This document shows positions 22,955-36,736 of a DNA stretch of 64,000 nucleotides, in pieces (the stretch's first letter is position 1; each line of letters begins with the position of its first letter). A model generated the notes under the pieces. The model was given only the letters and a program-made list of their open reading frames with translations. It was not told the origin of the DNA and did not search any database. The DNA comes from Blastocladiella emersonii ATCC 22665 (Eukaryota > Fungi > Blastocladiomycota): positions 2,046,001-2,110,000 of the forward strand of contig JANHCV010000001.1 of NCBI GenBank assembly GCA_025594325.1, given 5' to 3'. Made by a program: the position numbers and the translations under genes.

Positions 22955-24591
22955 ATGTATCGCGAACCCTCGATCGGCCAGCTAGCGCTCCTCGGCGGTT
23001 TCCTCGTCGGGCTCAACGCCGTGCACGCGGTCGCCGAGCATCTGGCGTACGCCGGGCTCACGGCGCAGATCGCGCTCGGGTTCCTCGTCGGGTCGCCGCT
23101 CGCGGGCGCGCTCGAGCCCGCGTGGGAGGCCACGCTCGCGGTCCTCGGCGAGCTCGGGCTGTTGTGGCTCCTGTTCCTCGGTACGGCGGTTGGTTGATGG
23201 AAGAGGGTGGACCTGAGAGCTGATACAAGTAGCAAGGGTAGGTGGCCTCGACGTCGACGCGGTACAGCTCCTACCGAACCTCGGCCTCGCGACCGCCGCG
23301 GGCGTGACGGGCGTCGCGCTGCCCGTCGCCCTGTCGGTCCTGGTGCTCCACGCGGCGCTCGGGTTCCCGCTCCTCGACGCGGCCACGGCGGGTGCCGCGC
23401 TCGGGTCCACGAGTTTGGGGACCACGCTCGTTGCGCTGTCCGGCGCGCTCGGCGTTGAACGGGCCGAGGGCGATGCCGACCCGATGCGGTCCCGCGTCGC
23501 GACCGTGCTCGTGTCCGCGGCGCTCATCGACGACGTGATCGCGCTGATCCTGCTCGCTGTCGTCCGCTCGCTCGGCAGCGGCGGGGACACGGGCCGGGTT
23601 GACGCGTGGACCGCCGTCGGCCGGCCCCTCGCCGCGAGCGCCGGGCTGACGCTTGCCGCCGTCCTCTTCGCGTCGCGCGTCGTGCGACCAGCGCTAACCC
23701 GGTCGCTCGCGTGGCGCAAGTTCCTCCGCGCGGCGCGCTCGCCCGAAGCGCAAGCAAGGCGGCACGCGTGGGTGCACGCGGGGCTCGCGGTCGGGTGCAT
23801 CGCCCTCGCGGGCTTGCTGGCGGCGGCGGCAGATGCGCTGGGCGCGTCGCGGCTGCTCGGCGCGTTCCTCGCAGGGCTCGCGGTGCGGCTCGCGACGCCG
23901 GATGAAGTCGTGGGGACGGTGCTGGATCCGGCGGGTGCGGCGAAGGAGACGATAGGCGCGGTGCATGCGCGGGTCCTGGTGCCGGTCTTCTTTGCATCCA
24001 TGGGCTTCGGTATGTCACGGCCGTGGCCGGTCTCTCGCGACGGTTGACTGACTACAGGACCATGTAGCGATCCCGATCCGCGACATGTTCGCGCCGACCA
24101 TCGTGTGGCAAGGCCTCGTATACTCGCTCGTGATGGCGGCGGCCAAAGCCGTAGTCGGCCCGCTGGTCGTATACGCCGTTGACGGGCCGTGGCAAGCGCT
24201 GCGTGCCAACCGGTCCAAGCACGCGACGGGCAACGAGCGCGGGCGGTTCGGCGCGGCGGCGATCCTCGGGCTCGGGCTCGTGGCGCGCGGCGAAATCGGG
24301 CTCGTCATCGCTGAACTCGCCGTGTCGTCGGGCGCCATGGGACAGGACGCGTTCCTCGTCAGCGTGTGGGCGATCCTCGTGTGCACGGCCGTCGGCCCGC
24401 TCGTGCTCGCGGCTGTCGCAAGGCGGACGTGGCCGCGGGTCAGCGGTGGGCCGTGGGGGATGCCCGGCGGCGGTAGCGGCGGCGGCGCCGTGGCCGTTCC
24501 TGCCATGTCGCAGGCCGGCCTGGCGACCGTGTCCGCGGACGAGGCGGCGACGCGTTGGGGGTACGCGAGGCAGGACTCGACGGCAACGTGA
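22955..24591 (+). CDS. Cation/H+ antiporter, CPA2-like (2 introns)
   Basis: Many hydrophobic helices with LGELGLLWLLFL/GGL, AGAALGSTSLGTT, AALIDDVIAL, LLGAFLAG, PVFFASMGF and GLGLVARGEIGLVIA. Confidence 0.85.
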
Positions 24592-24978
24592 GTGGCGCAG
24601 CGGCGTCGGCTAAAAAAGATGGGTAGATTTTATCTGACAAGGTCGATCACGCCACGGGCCAATCTGATCCGCGCCGCTGATTGGCCGGGTGTGCGGGAGG
24701 GCGGGAGATAACGGGACGCGTCGTGATCGTGATCCGTTGCCATGTGAATGGCGGGCGGGTTTGTCTCGTCCCCGGGAGACAAACCCGCGTCGCTTCGTGA
24801 CGAAAGCGACGGCGAGGAGACCCGTCCGCGACGAGTACAAGTACTGCGCGCGCCCGCCGCGCCCTCTCTCTCGCGCCCCGAACCGATCCCACTCACTCTT
24901 GCTACGAACGCATCTGCTGGCCCTCGACTCTTGCCCAGGCGGCCGCGACCCACTTGATCTTCAGATACCACCGCCGTC

Positions 24979-27688
<2,710 letters not shown>

Positions 27689-27745
27689 AGACAGCGGATG
27701 GGATCAATTTTTACGAATTAGACTATATATTTTGAGTCTTGTGCA

Positions 27746-28822
27746 TCACCGCTTTGGATCCGCCCCGCCCTGCTGCTGCCCCGGCCGACCTCCTCCTCCC
27801 GCCGCCGCTGCCGCAGCAGCAGCAGCAGCCGCGACCGCCGTGACGCCGAACAACCACGGCGGGCGACAGACTTCTTGCCATAGCGTCGCGTCGCTCGACA
27901 TCTTCTCGAGGTCAGCGGGGCCGAACGTGGGCGCCGCGTCCCACGCGTCGTCGAACTGCGCCACGAGCGGCTCGTCGGGGGCGCGGATCCACGCGTCCTC
28001 GCGCGCGCGCTTGTGCCGCTCGCGGTCCTGCTCCATGCGCCGCAGGATCTCCTGCCGCGCGGCGCTGTCGCGCGTCGAGCTGCCCGCGTTCCCCGCGGAC
28101 GACGAGGTGTCGGTCGCGGCGACGGTGTCAGAGTTGAGGGACAGGTTGGTGTTGTTGTTGGCGGTGGATGGGCGCGAGACCGAGGCGGGCGCGGAGGGAG
28201 CAGAAGACGCCGTGGTGGGCCAGTCGGGGTGCTGGGCGGGCGGGAAGCTGAGCTGGTGCGGCTGCTGCAGCGGCTGTTGCTGCTGTCCAGCGGACCGCAT
28301 CGCGCGCGTGGGCGACGTGAGCGCGGACGCAGCGGCCGTCGACGGCGCTGTGGTCCTGCTACTCGCGGCGCCGCTCGCGGACCCGCGCAGCCCGTCGAGC
28401 AGACCCTCGATCTCGCCAAACAGCTTGGAAGAGACGACCTTCTTGCGCTTCCAGGTAGCGAGGATCGACTGGACGGCGGGCACGTTGGCGAGGCCGAACT
28501 GCGACTCGGCCGAGCACACGGCGGCGACAAGGCGCGGCAGGTCCGCGACGATGCGCGCGTGGTACCCGAGAAAGCCGTCGGACATGGTCGCCTGCAGGAT
28601 GTGGTCGCACAGGCTGAACAGGTTGATGCGCTGGTTGGGCGACACGCTCTCGAGGGTCTCGAGGACCACGGCGTACAGCACGTCGGCGTGCGCGCGCCAT
28701 GTGCTCGCGAACCGCGCCGCCTTGACCAGCGACTCGTTGGACGCCGTCAGGCGCCGCAGCATGTCGTGGAACTCGAGACGCAGCTCGAACGGGTCCGGGT
28801 GGTCGTGCTCCGTGTCGGACAT
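27746..28822 (-). CDS. CTK3: CTD kinase gamma subunit Ctk3-like (CID-like N-domain plus C-terminal CTK3 motif)
   Basis: DPFELRLEFHDMLRRLTAS at the N-terminus and RRMEQDRERHKRAREDAW...FDDAWD at the C-terminus. Confidence 0.8.
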   Translation of the reverse strand: MSDTEHDHPDPFELRLEFHDMLRRLTASNESLVKAARFASTWRAHADVLYAVVLETLESVSPNQRINLFSLCDHILQATMSDGFLGYHARIVADLPRLVAAVCSAESQFGLANVPAVQSILATWKRKKVVSSKLFGEIEGLLDGLRGSASGAASSRTTAPSTAAASALTSPTRAMRSAGQQQQPLQQPHQLSFPPAQHPDWPTTASSAPSAPASVSRPSTANNNTNLSLNSDTVAATDTSSSAGNAGSSTRDSAARQEILRRMEQDRERHKRAREDAWIRAPDEPLVAQFDDAWDAAPTFGPADLEKMSSDATLWQEVCRPPWLFGVTAVAAAAAAAAAAAGGGGRPGQQQGGADPKR

Positions 28823-29188
28823 GGTGGTTGCAGTAAGTCGTTACGTCGTGCGGTGCGGACTGCGTTGCATGGGAGTCGGCGTGAGGGAGAGCAGCGGGAA
28901 AAGCGCTCGTCTGCGAAGCGGGAGGGCGATCACCCGGCGCACATCACCTGATGCCCGCGCGTGGCGCAACACGTCCCGCGCGGCGGCGTTGGGCGTCGGG
29001 GGAAGCGACCCGGTGGCGTCTTCAGTTTAAAAGAAGAGCGCGTACCTTCGTTTTAAGCGCAAAGATGGGAAGACATCCGCTGCAGCGAGTAGCGCGTCGA
29101 CCAGCTTGCTTGACTTGCGGCGCTTGCGCGGCACGGCAGGAGCGAGGGTCGCTCAGGGTGACGCACACGCTCCGTCCGGCATTTTACG

Positions 29189-29836
29189 ATGCTTGCGCTC
29201 AGCCCTGACTCGTGCTTCACAACAGGCAACCATGCAATCCAGCAACCCGAACACGCTTGGCCTCATGGTGCTCTGTGCCGCTCGTGTTGCCGCCGGACTT
29301 GGTGTCCGAGTATCCTGGCCTGCGTGATCCCGAGTCGCCGCATGCTCTTTATCGCTAAGCACGTCCGCGTCGCGTCGACTTTTTCCGATCGCGGCGTGTT
29401 CAAGCTCCGCCTTCCCTTCAGCGCATCGCACCGTGACGACAAGCTCGTTGACTGCACCTACAACATTGTCCGGTTTCCCGGCGGTCCTATATTGAACCGC
29501 CCTGAGCTCGCCCAAGTCGATATTTTGCCGCTCTTGGCCGACGACTCGTGCGATCTGTTGGGAATGCCGCAGTGCGACGTGCTGTACGACTACGTCAGCC
29601 ACCCACGGCATCAGCGACCGGCGGGCGAGCACAGGAAACCAGAAGCCCGCTCTCTCGCGAACGTCTTGAGGCATGCATTCATGTACGGAGTGACTCGCGT
29701 CTATCATGCGGTCCATCACCGAACGCGTGGGTGTGACTCTCGCGCCGATGCGTGGGACGATGTCCGGTCGCTGCTGCACCTGGCGCTTGCGCGATCCGCA
29801 CACACGAGCGTGCTGCTGCCGGACCCGACTACCTAA
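29189..29836 (+). CDS. Hypothetical 215-aa ORF, no family recognised (may be a relic)
   Basis: An open frame in lower-GC sequence with non-repetitive composition. It lies head-to-head with CTK3 and no motif is recognised. Confidence 0.3.
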   Translation: MLALSPDSCFTTGNHAIQQPEHAWPHGALCRSCCRRTWCPSILACVIPSRRMLFIAKHVRVASTFSDRGVFKLRLPFSASHRDDKLVDCTYNIVRFPGGPILNRPELAQVDILPLLADDSCDLLGMPQCDVLYDYVSHPRHQRPAGEHRKPEARSLANVLRHAFMYGVTRVYHAVHHRTRGCDSRADAWDDVRSLLHLALARSAHTSVLLPDPTT

Positions 29837-30098
29837 CCCGCAGGACATTGGCGTCGTCACGGGCATCGCCGCCCACTCTGAGTAGCTTTGATCCCTTCTC
29901 TCTTGCCCGCACGTCTTGAATGAATCGAATGATGTACTTGGCCGCCATTTGTGCCATCGTGGCTGATGGTCAGATTGATGAATTCGTCTACCGCTCACTA
30001 AATAGAACATGTAGTCCGATCCGCAGGTCCCAGCAATCGAGCGTTCACGAAAAAGCGACGTCGCTTTCCCAACTCCCGATTCTTGTTGCCCGTCGCGC

Positions 30099-30224
30099 CC
30101 TTTGCGTTCACGGGATCGCGTGGGAGCATCGCTGGGGACATCAATTTCTACGGCAAGAGCGGTGTCCAGTTCTTCACGCAGATCAAGACCGTCACCGCGT
30201 CGTGGAAGTCCGAGGACGCTGTCG
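30099..30224 (+). pseudogene. 126-bp inverted duplicate of the 3' coding end of the neighbouring MMSDH gene
   Basis: This segment is the exact reverse complement of 30672-30797 and encodes [41 protein letters not shown]. Confidence 0.93.
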
Positions 30225-30633
30225 CGCGCCGTGGCGGTGGCCATGGTCAGAGCCACAGCATCATTGCGAATGCCACGGCCATGACCACGGGAAACGATGG
30301 CCACAGCTCAAGCAGCATGATTTTGGACGGAAGCAGCTCAATACGCTTCGATCAAGCGGTCTTTGATACACTCTCGAGCCAGTGGCCGCGGCGGCCGCGA
30401 GGCCGCCGTGGCCACGACCATGGTCAACTTGCCATGTTTGAGCCTTTCAAGCTCAGTTGCGTCACTCCTAAGCTTTAAGTTACACCCAGGAGGAGCAAGA
30501 AATACCCATTATATAATCCACAAGGGAGGCGGGGGGTGACTGGCGCGAAAAGCAGCGACTCTGAACGGCTCGCGACCAAAGTTGATTAAGTCCGTTGTAT
30601 ATACGATATTTGACCACTCAAACACGAGCGGGC

Positions 30634-32371
30634 TTACTTGAGCGTGGGCATGACGACTGCGGCCTTGGAGCCGACAGCGTCCTCGGACTTCCACGACGCG
30701 GTGACGGTCTTGATCTGCGTGAAGAACTGGACACCGCTCTTGCCGTAGAAATTGATGTCCCCAGCGATGCTCCCACGCGATCCCGTGAACGCAAAGGACG
30801 GAATGGGTACCGGGATTCCGAGATTGATACCAATCTGGCCGACGTCAATGTCCATCGAGAACTTCCGGGCAGCCGAACCCGAGTTGGTGAAGACGGCTGT
30901 GCCGTTGCCGTACGGGTTGGCGTTGATCAGCTCGATGGCGTCCTCGAGCGACTCGGAGCGCATGGTGATGAGCACGGGGCCGAAGATCTCCTCCTTGTAG
31001 CAGGGCATGTCGGTCGTAACGTTGGTCAGGATGGTGGGGCCGAGGAAGTTGCCCTTGGGGTACTTGGGCACCTTGAGGCCGCGGCCGTCGAGGACGACCT
31101 TAGCACCCATGGCGACCGAGTCGGCGATGATCTTCTCGGCACGAGCGACGGCCTGGGGCGAGATCATGGGGCCGACGTCCGTGTTCTCCTCGAAGCCGCC
31201 GTTGACCTTGAGCGCCTTGGTGCGCTCGATGAGCTCGGGGATCAGCTTCTCGGCGGCACCGACAAAGAGCACAGCAGGCAGAGCCATGCAGCGCTGACCA
31301 GCAGCACCGAAGGCGGCACCGACGATCGAGTTGAGCGTGGTGTTCACGTTGCAGTCGGGCAGGACGACACCGTGGTTCTTGGCGCCGAGGTTGGCCTGGA
31401 CGCGCTTGCCGTTGGCGGTACCGCGGGCAAAGATGTGCTTGCCGGCGCGGTCGCCGCCGACGAACGAGATGGCGCGGATGGCGGGAGCGTCGCACAGGTA
31501 GTTGACAGTGTTGTGGGTGCCGTGGACGATGTTGAGGGCGCCCTTGGGGAGACCGGCCTCCTGCGCGAGAGCGGCGAGGTGGAGGGCGGCCGAGGGGACG
31601 CGCTCCGAGGGCTTGAACACCATGGTGTTGCCGACAGCCGTGGCCATGGGGAACATCCAGAGCGGGATCATGGCTATATGAAGCGTGGTGTGGGGTCAGT
31701 TTGGAGCTGAGCGACCGGGTCGGGTCAGCATGCGACCGTACCGGGGAAGTTGAAGGGGGCAATGCCGGCGGTGACGCCGAGCGGGGCGCGGATCGTGTAC
31801 GTGTCGATGTCGGTACCGACGGGCAGGTGCTCGCCCATCTGGAGCGTGGGCATGGAGGCGGCGTGCTCGACGACCTGGAGGCCGCGGAACACGTCACCGC
31901 GGGCGTCGGGGAGGGTCTTGCCCTGCTCGCGGGTGATCATGGCGGCGATCTTGTCCGTGTCGCGGCGGACGAGGGCGGCAAGGTTGAACATGACCTGCTG
32001 GCGGGTCAGGACAGAGGTCTTGGACCACGACTTGAAGGCCTCGGAGGCGCTGCGGGTGGCGGCCTCGAGCTCCTCGGGCGTCGACTCGGGGACGAGCGAC
32101 ACCACCTCCTGCGTGGCGGGGTCGTGCACGGGGATCCACTGGGTCGAGGCCGACTCGAATAACTCGCCGTTGACGAGCGACTTGATCTTTGTGGGCGCGC
32201 CCGTGGCGGCCGCCGACGCGAGCGTGCGGCGCTGGCTCATGGCCTAGACGCATAGTAGTAGCATTCATAGAGTGCTCGAGAGTCAGGCACTGATGGTTTC
32301 TCTCTGGTCGCAGCGAGCTCGAGCCCGCGTACCATCATCGGGCGGGACAGGGAGAGGAGTCGCGAAGCCAT
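30634..32371 (-). CDS. ALDH6A1: Mitochondrial methylmalonate-semialdehyde dehydrogenase, CoA-acylating (introns 32244-32332 and 31674-31741)
   Basis: Motifs [57 protein letters not shown], catalytic [29 protein letters not shown] and GQIGIN. Confidence 0.97.
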
Positions 32372-32959
32372 GGTTGGTTGGACCGTTGTCTGTTGATACG
32401 TTGCAAATTCGTGGAGGGAAGCAGTATACAGCAGAGCGCCAAGGGGAGAGGGAGTCGGGTCGGCGGGGCGGCGGGCGGTTTTGAAGGCGGGCTCGGGTTC
32501 AAGGGCAGAACGGCACCCTGCGAGCTTGCACGCGCTAAGGCGGCGCCGCCCGGGTCCATTTTCCCCAACGGATCCGGCTTCTCGGGCCCACGTGGCCATC
32601 AGCGACGCGTGTGCACGCACCGGTCGGCACCAACAAGGGCAGGTTGCCGGGAGGGTTGCCTGTCCTGTCAGAGGCGTTGGGGAAGCAACTGATGGGCAAC
32701 TGATCCCGACAGGCGGAGACATCGCGTGACTGCGAAACACGACGCGTTTTATTATGCGATACAAGAGTGCCATCACTCACGCAATCATCCCGAGCCTAGC
32801 TTGAGATCACCAAGCGCGTCACGGTCCTTGCTTGATCGATCCGCGACTTCGCGCACGCGCCAGAGACGCGCTGCCGACTCGAAAACCTCCCATGCCGTAG
32901 CTACGCGGTGCCCGTCCTTGCTAGCATCCCCGCGGTGCCCGTCTCCCTCGCCCGGGTTA

Positions 32960-33690
32960 TCAGAGGGCCGGTGAGGCGTGCAAACGAGCGAGAGAGACAC
33001 TCGGAATGATGGCGCAAGTCGGTGAGGACGCGTCAGTTGCGAGTGACGGGGCGGCCAAAGCGGAAAGCATGGTGTGCGAGCCGGGCGCCGACGCGTGCAC
33101 GAAATCGCGGACCGAGCTCAAGAAGTGATTCAACGATGGATGAGCTTTTGATGAGGGGAGGTTGGGTTTAAGCTTGATCTTGACAGGAAACTGCATGGCC
33201 GGCCGTGTGCGCCCCGGGCGTACGGCGCTGAGTGGCGATGAATGTTAGGCGTACGCGAGAATCCCGAGTGTAGGCTAGGTCTAATTTGACAGAGCAGTTT
33301 GGTCTCTGGAGCGAATTCGCCAGCTTCAACGCAGGTCCTGCCGTCAATCCGACGTTCGCGAATTGAACGAGGGCGAGTTGAGGTGCCACAACGCTTCGCG
33401 CGCCAAGTCCGTGGTATAAGCGTCGGCAGGTCCGTACTGTTCACGCTTGAAAAGCTGCGAGAACTTCGGCTGCTGATGATGCCGTACTGCGCAAGTCGCG
33501 ATGCCGAGTTGCACACGTACGTGAATTAGCAATGATTCGGTTTCCCTTGAGGCGGCACAAGATCTCTCGAGCCAAGTCGGATTCCCAGGCGGTTGCGGCG
33601 GGACCAACGGCGAACGAGCTGGGCAGGCCACCGTGGCGCAGAAAGCCGTGCAAGCAGAAGCTCGCGCTGAACGAAGGATATTGCAAGATG
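32960..33690 (-). pseudogene. Possible decayed RNI-type LRR gene fragments
   Basis: A lower-GC interval with stop-broken frames containing LKGNRII...SAAEVLAA and LALVQFANVGLTAGPALKLANSLQRPNCSVKLDL, which resemble LxxLxLxxNxIxxxGAxxLAxxL repeats. Confidence 0.3.
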
Positions 33691-33903
33691 TTTGATTCGT
33701 CTATATTGCTACATGGCGTCGAAGCTCAGGTGGTGGGGGAGCGAGAGCGCCGAAGAGGAGTCAGCCGCAATGATGAATGAAACGCGCTGCTGCGAGCTTT
33801 GCGGCGCAGCGGCGCCACCATCCCGTGCGCGCTCTTCCTCTCTCTCTCTTCCCTTGGCCATCTCTTGCACCCACCAACTGCCCATGAATTGCTAAGCGAC
33901 TCG

Positions 33904-34815
33904 ATGCATTTTCCACGGATCGTCCTGCTCGTCTCCGCCATCGTCGTCGCCATCGCGCTGTGCGGGACGTCGCCCGCAGCAGCGCAGGCCGACCGTGCCG
34001 GCCGCCCCGCGCACTGCCACCCGGTCCCCGCCGACACCGCGACCACGGCGCCCTTCTGCGGCTCGCTCGTTGCCGGCCGCTGGGTCGCCCTCGCACCGCC
34101 GCGCAACGCCTCGGCGCTCGCGAGGAAGGGGCTCAACGAGTCGGCCGTGGTCGACGCCACGCTGCTGTCGCTCGACACGTTTGCGCGGGCCGCCGTCGGC
34201 AACTGGTCGCGCGCGCTGCTCGCCGTCGACTGCCGCGAGGACCATCACCGCTACTCGCTTTTCCGCACCTGCACCGACTGCGTGCACGCCTACCGCGTGT
34301 GGGCGTGCCGCTCGCTGTTCCTCGAGTGCGCCGCCAACGCGACCGTCTCCGACCCGAAATCGACGGTCCCGGGCGCCTTCCGCCCGCTGCGGTCCGACGC
34401 GCCCGACGCGTTCCGCGGCCTCGGCATGCAGTACCTCGCCAAGGGCAAGCCGCCGCTCGACGACCTGGCGGGCGACATCAACCCGCGCCTGCTCGCGTCG
34501 ACCAACCCGGAGCACCTCGGCATGCGCACGCTGCCGTCGCCGCCGGTGAAGCTCGACCGCGGGCTCGCCGAGCGCGCGGCCGCGGTCCTCGCGCGCGCCG
34601 AGCTCGCCGACACGGTGCCCGAGTACCCGAGCCGCCCGCCGTGCCTGTCAACGTGCAACCGCGTTGTGCAGGCGTGCCCGAGCTCGCTCATGTTCGCGTG
34701 TCCCCGCGACCACGACGAGGTCTGGACCGCCGTCATCGGCGACGGCGAGGACACGGCCGCCGCGGCGGCGCTGTCCGTCGTGTTCCCCGACTACCAGAGC
34801 AACTGCGAGGACTAA
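33904..34815 (+). CDS. MID1: Mid1/FAM155-like secreted Cys-rich Ca2+-channel accessory subunit (303 aa)
   Basis: A signal peptide, then DC...YSLFRTCTDCVHAYRVWACRSLFLEC and PCLSTCNRVVQACPSSLMFACP...NC, which match the Mid1 Cys-rich pattern. There are 12 Cys in the mature part. Confidence 0.8.
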   Translation: MHFPRIVLLVSAIVVAIALCGTSPAAAQADRAGRPAHCHPVPADTATTAPFCGSLVAGRWVALAPPRNASALARKGLNESAVVDATLLSLDTFARAAVGNWSRALLAVDCREDHHRYSLFRTCTDCVHAYRVWACRSLFLECAANATVSDPKSTVPGAFRPLRSDAPDAFRGLGMQYLAKGKPPLDDLAGDINPRLLASTNPEHLGMRTLPSPPVKLDRGLAERAAAVLARAELADTVPEYPSRPPCLSTCNRVVQACPSSLMFACPRDHDEVWTAVIGDGEDTAAAAALSVVFPDYQSNCED

Positions 34816-34876
34816 TTGCCGTCTGCTACCCATTCATAATAGACCATTTCCCTTGTTTTCATGCACCGACTGCACA

Positions 34877-36562
34877 CTACCCGAGCCGCGGGAGCCCGAA
34901 CCCGAGCATGTTCACCTGCAGGAGATTCTTGGACCCGCCCGCTCCCGCCGCTGCCCGGCCCGCGGGCGGCGTCAGGAGCCCCGCCTGCCCCGCGTGCGAC
35001 GGTGCGCTCGAGTTGCCGCCGTGAATCTGCATCGCGAGCCCGCTTGTGACGTGCTGCGGGAGGTGCAGTGCGGACCCGCTGTTCTTGCGGCTGCTGGACC
35101 CGCCTGCGTCGAGCGCGAGGCGCGACCCGCCGCCGCCCGCGAGCCCCATCTTGGACCCGCGCGAGCCGCCGAGGAACGCGGCGCGCGAGTTGCCGAGCTG
35201 GAAACCGAGCTTGGACCCGAGCATGCTCATCCCGCCGAGCGCGCCCGTGCCGAGCTTGGACCCGTAGAACAGTCGCGACCCGCCGTTGCGCAGCATGTCG
35301 CGCTCGCGCTTGCGCTTGGCCTCCTCGGCCGCGAGCCGGGCTATCTCGGGGGAGGGTCAGTGCGAGTCTGGTGAGACTATTGCGAAGAGTGCCGTACCCA
35401 TCTCGGCCTCGAGCAGCTGCAGCTTGTAGTGCACCTTCTTCATGAGCCCGCGCACGTCCTCCATGCCGTCGCCGCTGCCGCCGCCCTGCGACGGGCCGTG
35501 GACCTTGACCTTGCGGCGGAACTTGGCCGGCAGCCCTCCGCCGCCACCGGCACCGCCCATCCCGCCAACGGCGACCACACGTACGCCACGAATCGGCCCG
35601 TTCCCGCCATGCCGCTTGCCCGCGGCCGCGCGCGCGCTCGGCGCGTCGCCGAGCGACCCGTCCGACCACGTACTGTGCGCGGGCGACCTGAGCCCGGGAT
35701 CTTCAGCGAGGGCCTCCTCGAGCTCGCGCTCCTCCTCCTCCTCGCGTGCGCGCTCGGCCTCGGCCTCGGACGTGGCGCCGTTGCCGAACAGGAACCCGGC
35801 GCTGCTGGCGTTGGTCGCGTTGAGGTTCGTGGACCGCAGCGGCAGCGGGGACCCGCCCGTGACGCGGCGGCCGTACGTGGCGTCGAGGAACGCGCGCTTC
35901 CACGACGGTCGCGTGCGCGCCTTGCTGGCGGCGGTCGCGCGCGCGAAGCCCGGGTCGACGACGCGCCAGTAGTGCGCCGGATGGTGCAGCGCGAGCCGCA
36001 GCAGCCGCGTCGTTGTCTGGATGTCGTCCGGCAGCGGCGCGTCCCACTCGCTCGGCCCGCCGGGCATCCGGAACTCGGCAAAGTACCGCTCGAGGTCTAG
36101 GTCCTCGAGCTCGGGCGGCGGTGGCGGGACGGGTTCCACGATCTGCGTGCCCGTCAGGAACGTCGCGGTCGCGTCCGCGGGCCCGTGGCTCAGTCCGAGC
36201 CCTGCACCACTTTCCCCCGCCTCGCTCTCGTCGTCGTCATCCTCGATCTCGAGCAGGCGGGACAGGAGCGCCGCCTCGCGCTGCTGCTGCTGTTGGACCG
36301 AGATGTTGGACGCGGTCGACAACCTGCGCCGCTCTGCATCCCCCAGCGCCTGCTGCAGGAGCTGCTGCTGCTTCTCGTTCTCGTGGTGCTCGAGCGCGCT
36401 GGTGATGATCGGGCCCTTGGACCGCAAAATGTCCCATGGCTCACGGATGTGCGCGAGTTTGCACTGCCGCGCGTTCGACACGTAGCGGTGGTGCGCCGCC
36501 GCATACTTTTTCGCGCGCACGCGGTTGTCCGAGGTCAGGTCGATGCGTGGACTGGTTGGCAT
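34877..36562 (-). CDS. Hypothetical protein (intron 35341-35397); Gly-rich C-terminus with GS[KR][LM] repeats
   Basis: A 5' ORF of about 390 codons splices in frame (GTACGG...ATAG) to the 34877-35340 frame and has GC3-rich codons. No family is recognised. Confidence 0.7.
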
Positions 36563-36736
36563 CGCAGTGGTTTCATTTGTTTGCGTCGGTGCTATGGGTG
36601 GGCGCAAAGGGGGTTGCGGCAACGGAAAGTGTGATCGCGAACGGGCGACGCGACGCGGTTGGAGACGCGTGTGCGAGACGCGTCGAGGAATCAGGTGATC
36701 GGGAATGATGCAAAAAAGTCGCTGATTTATAACGTC

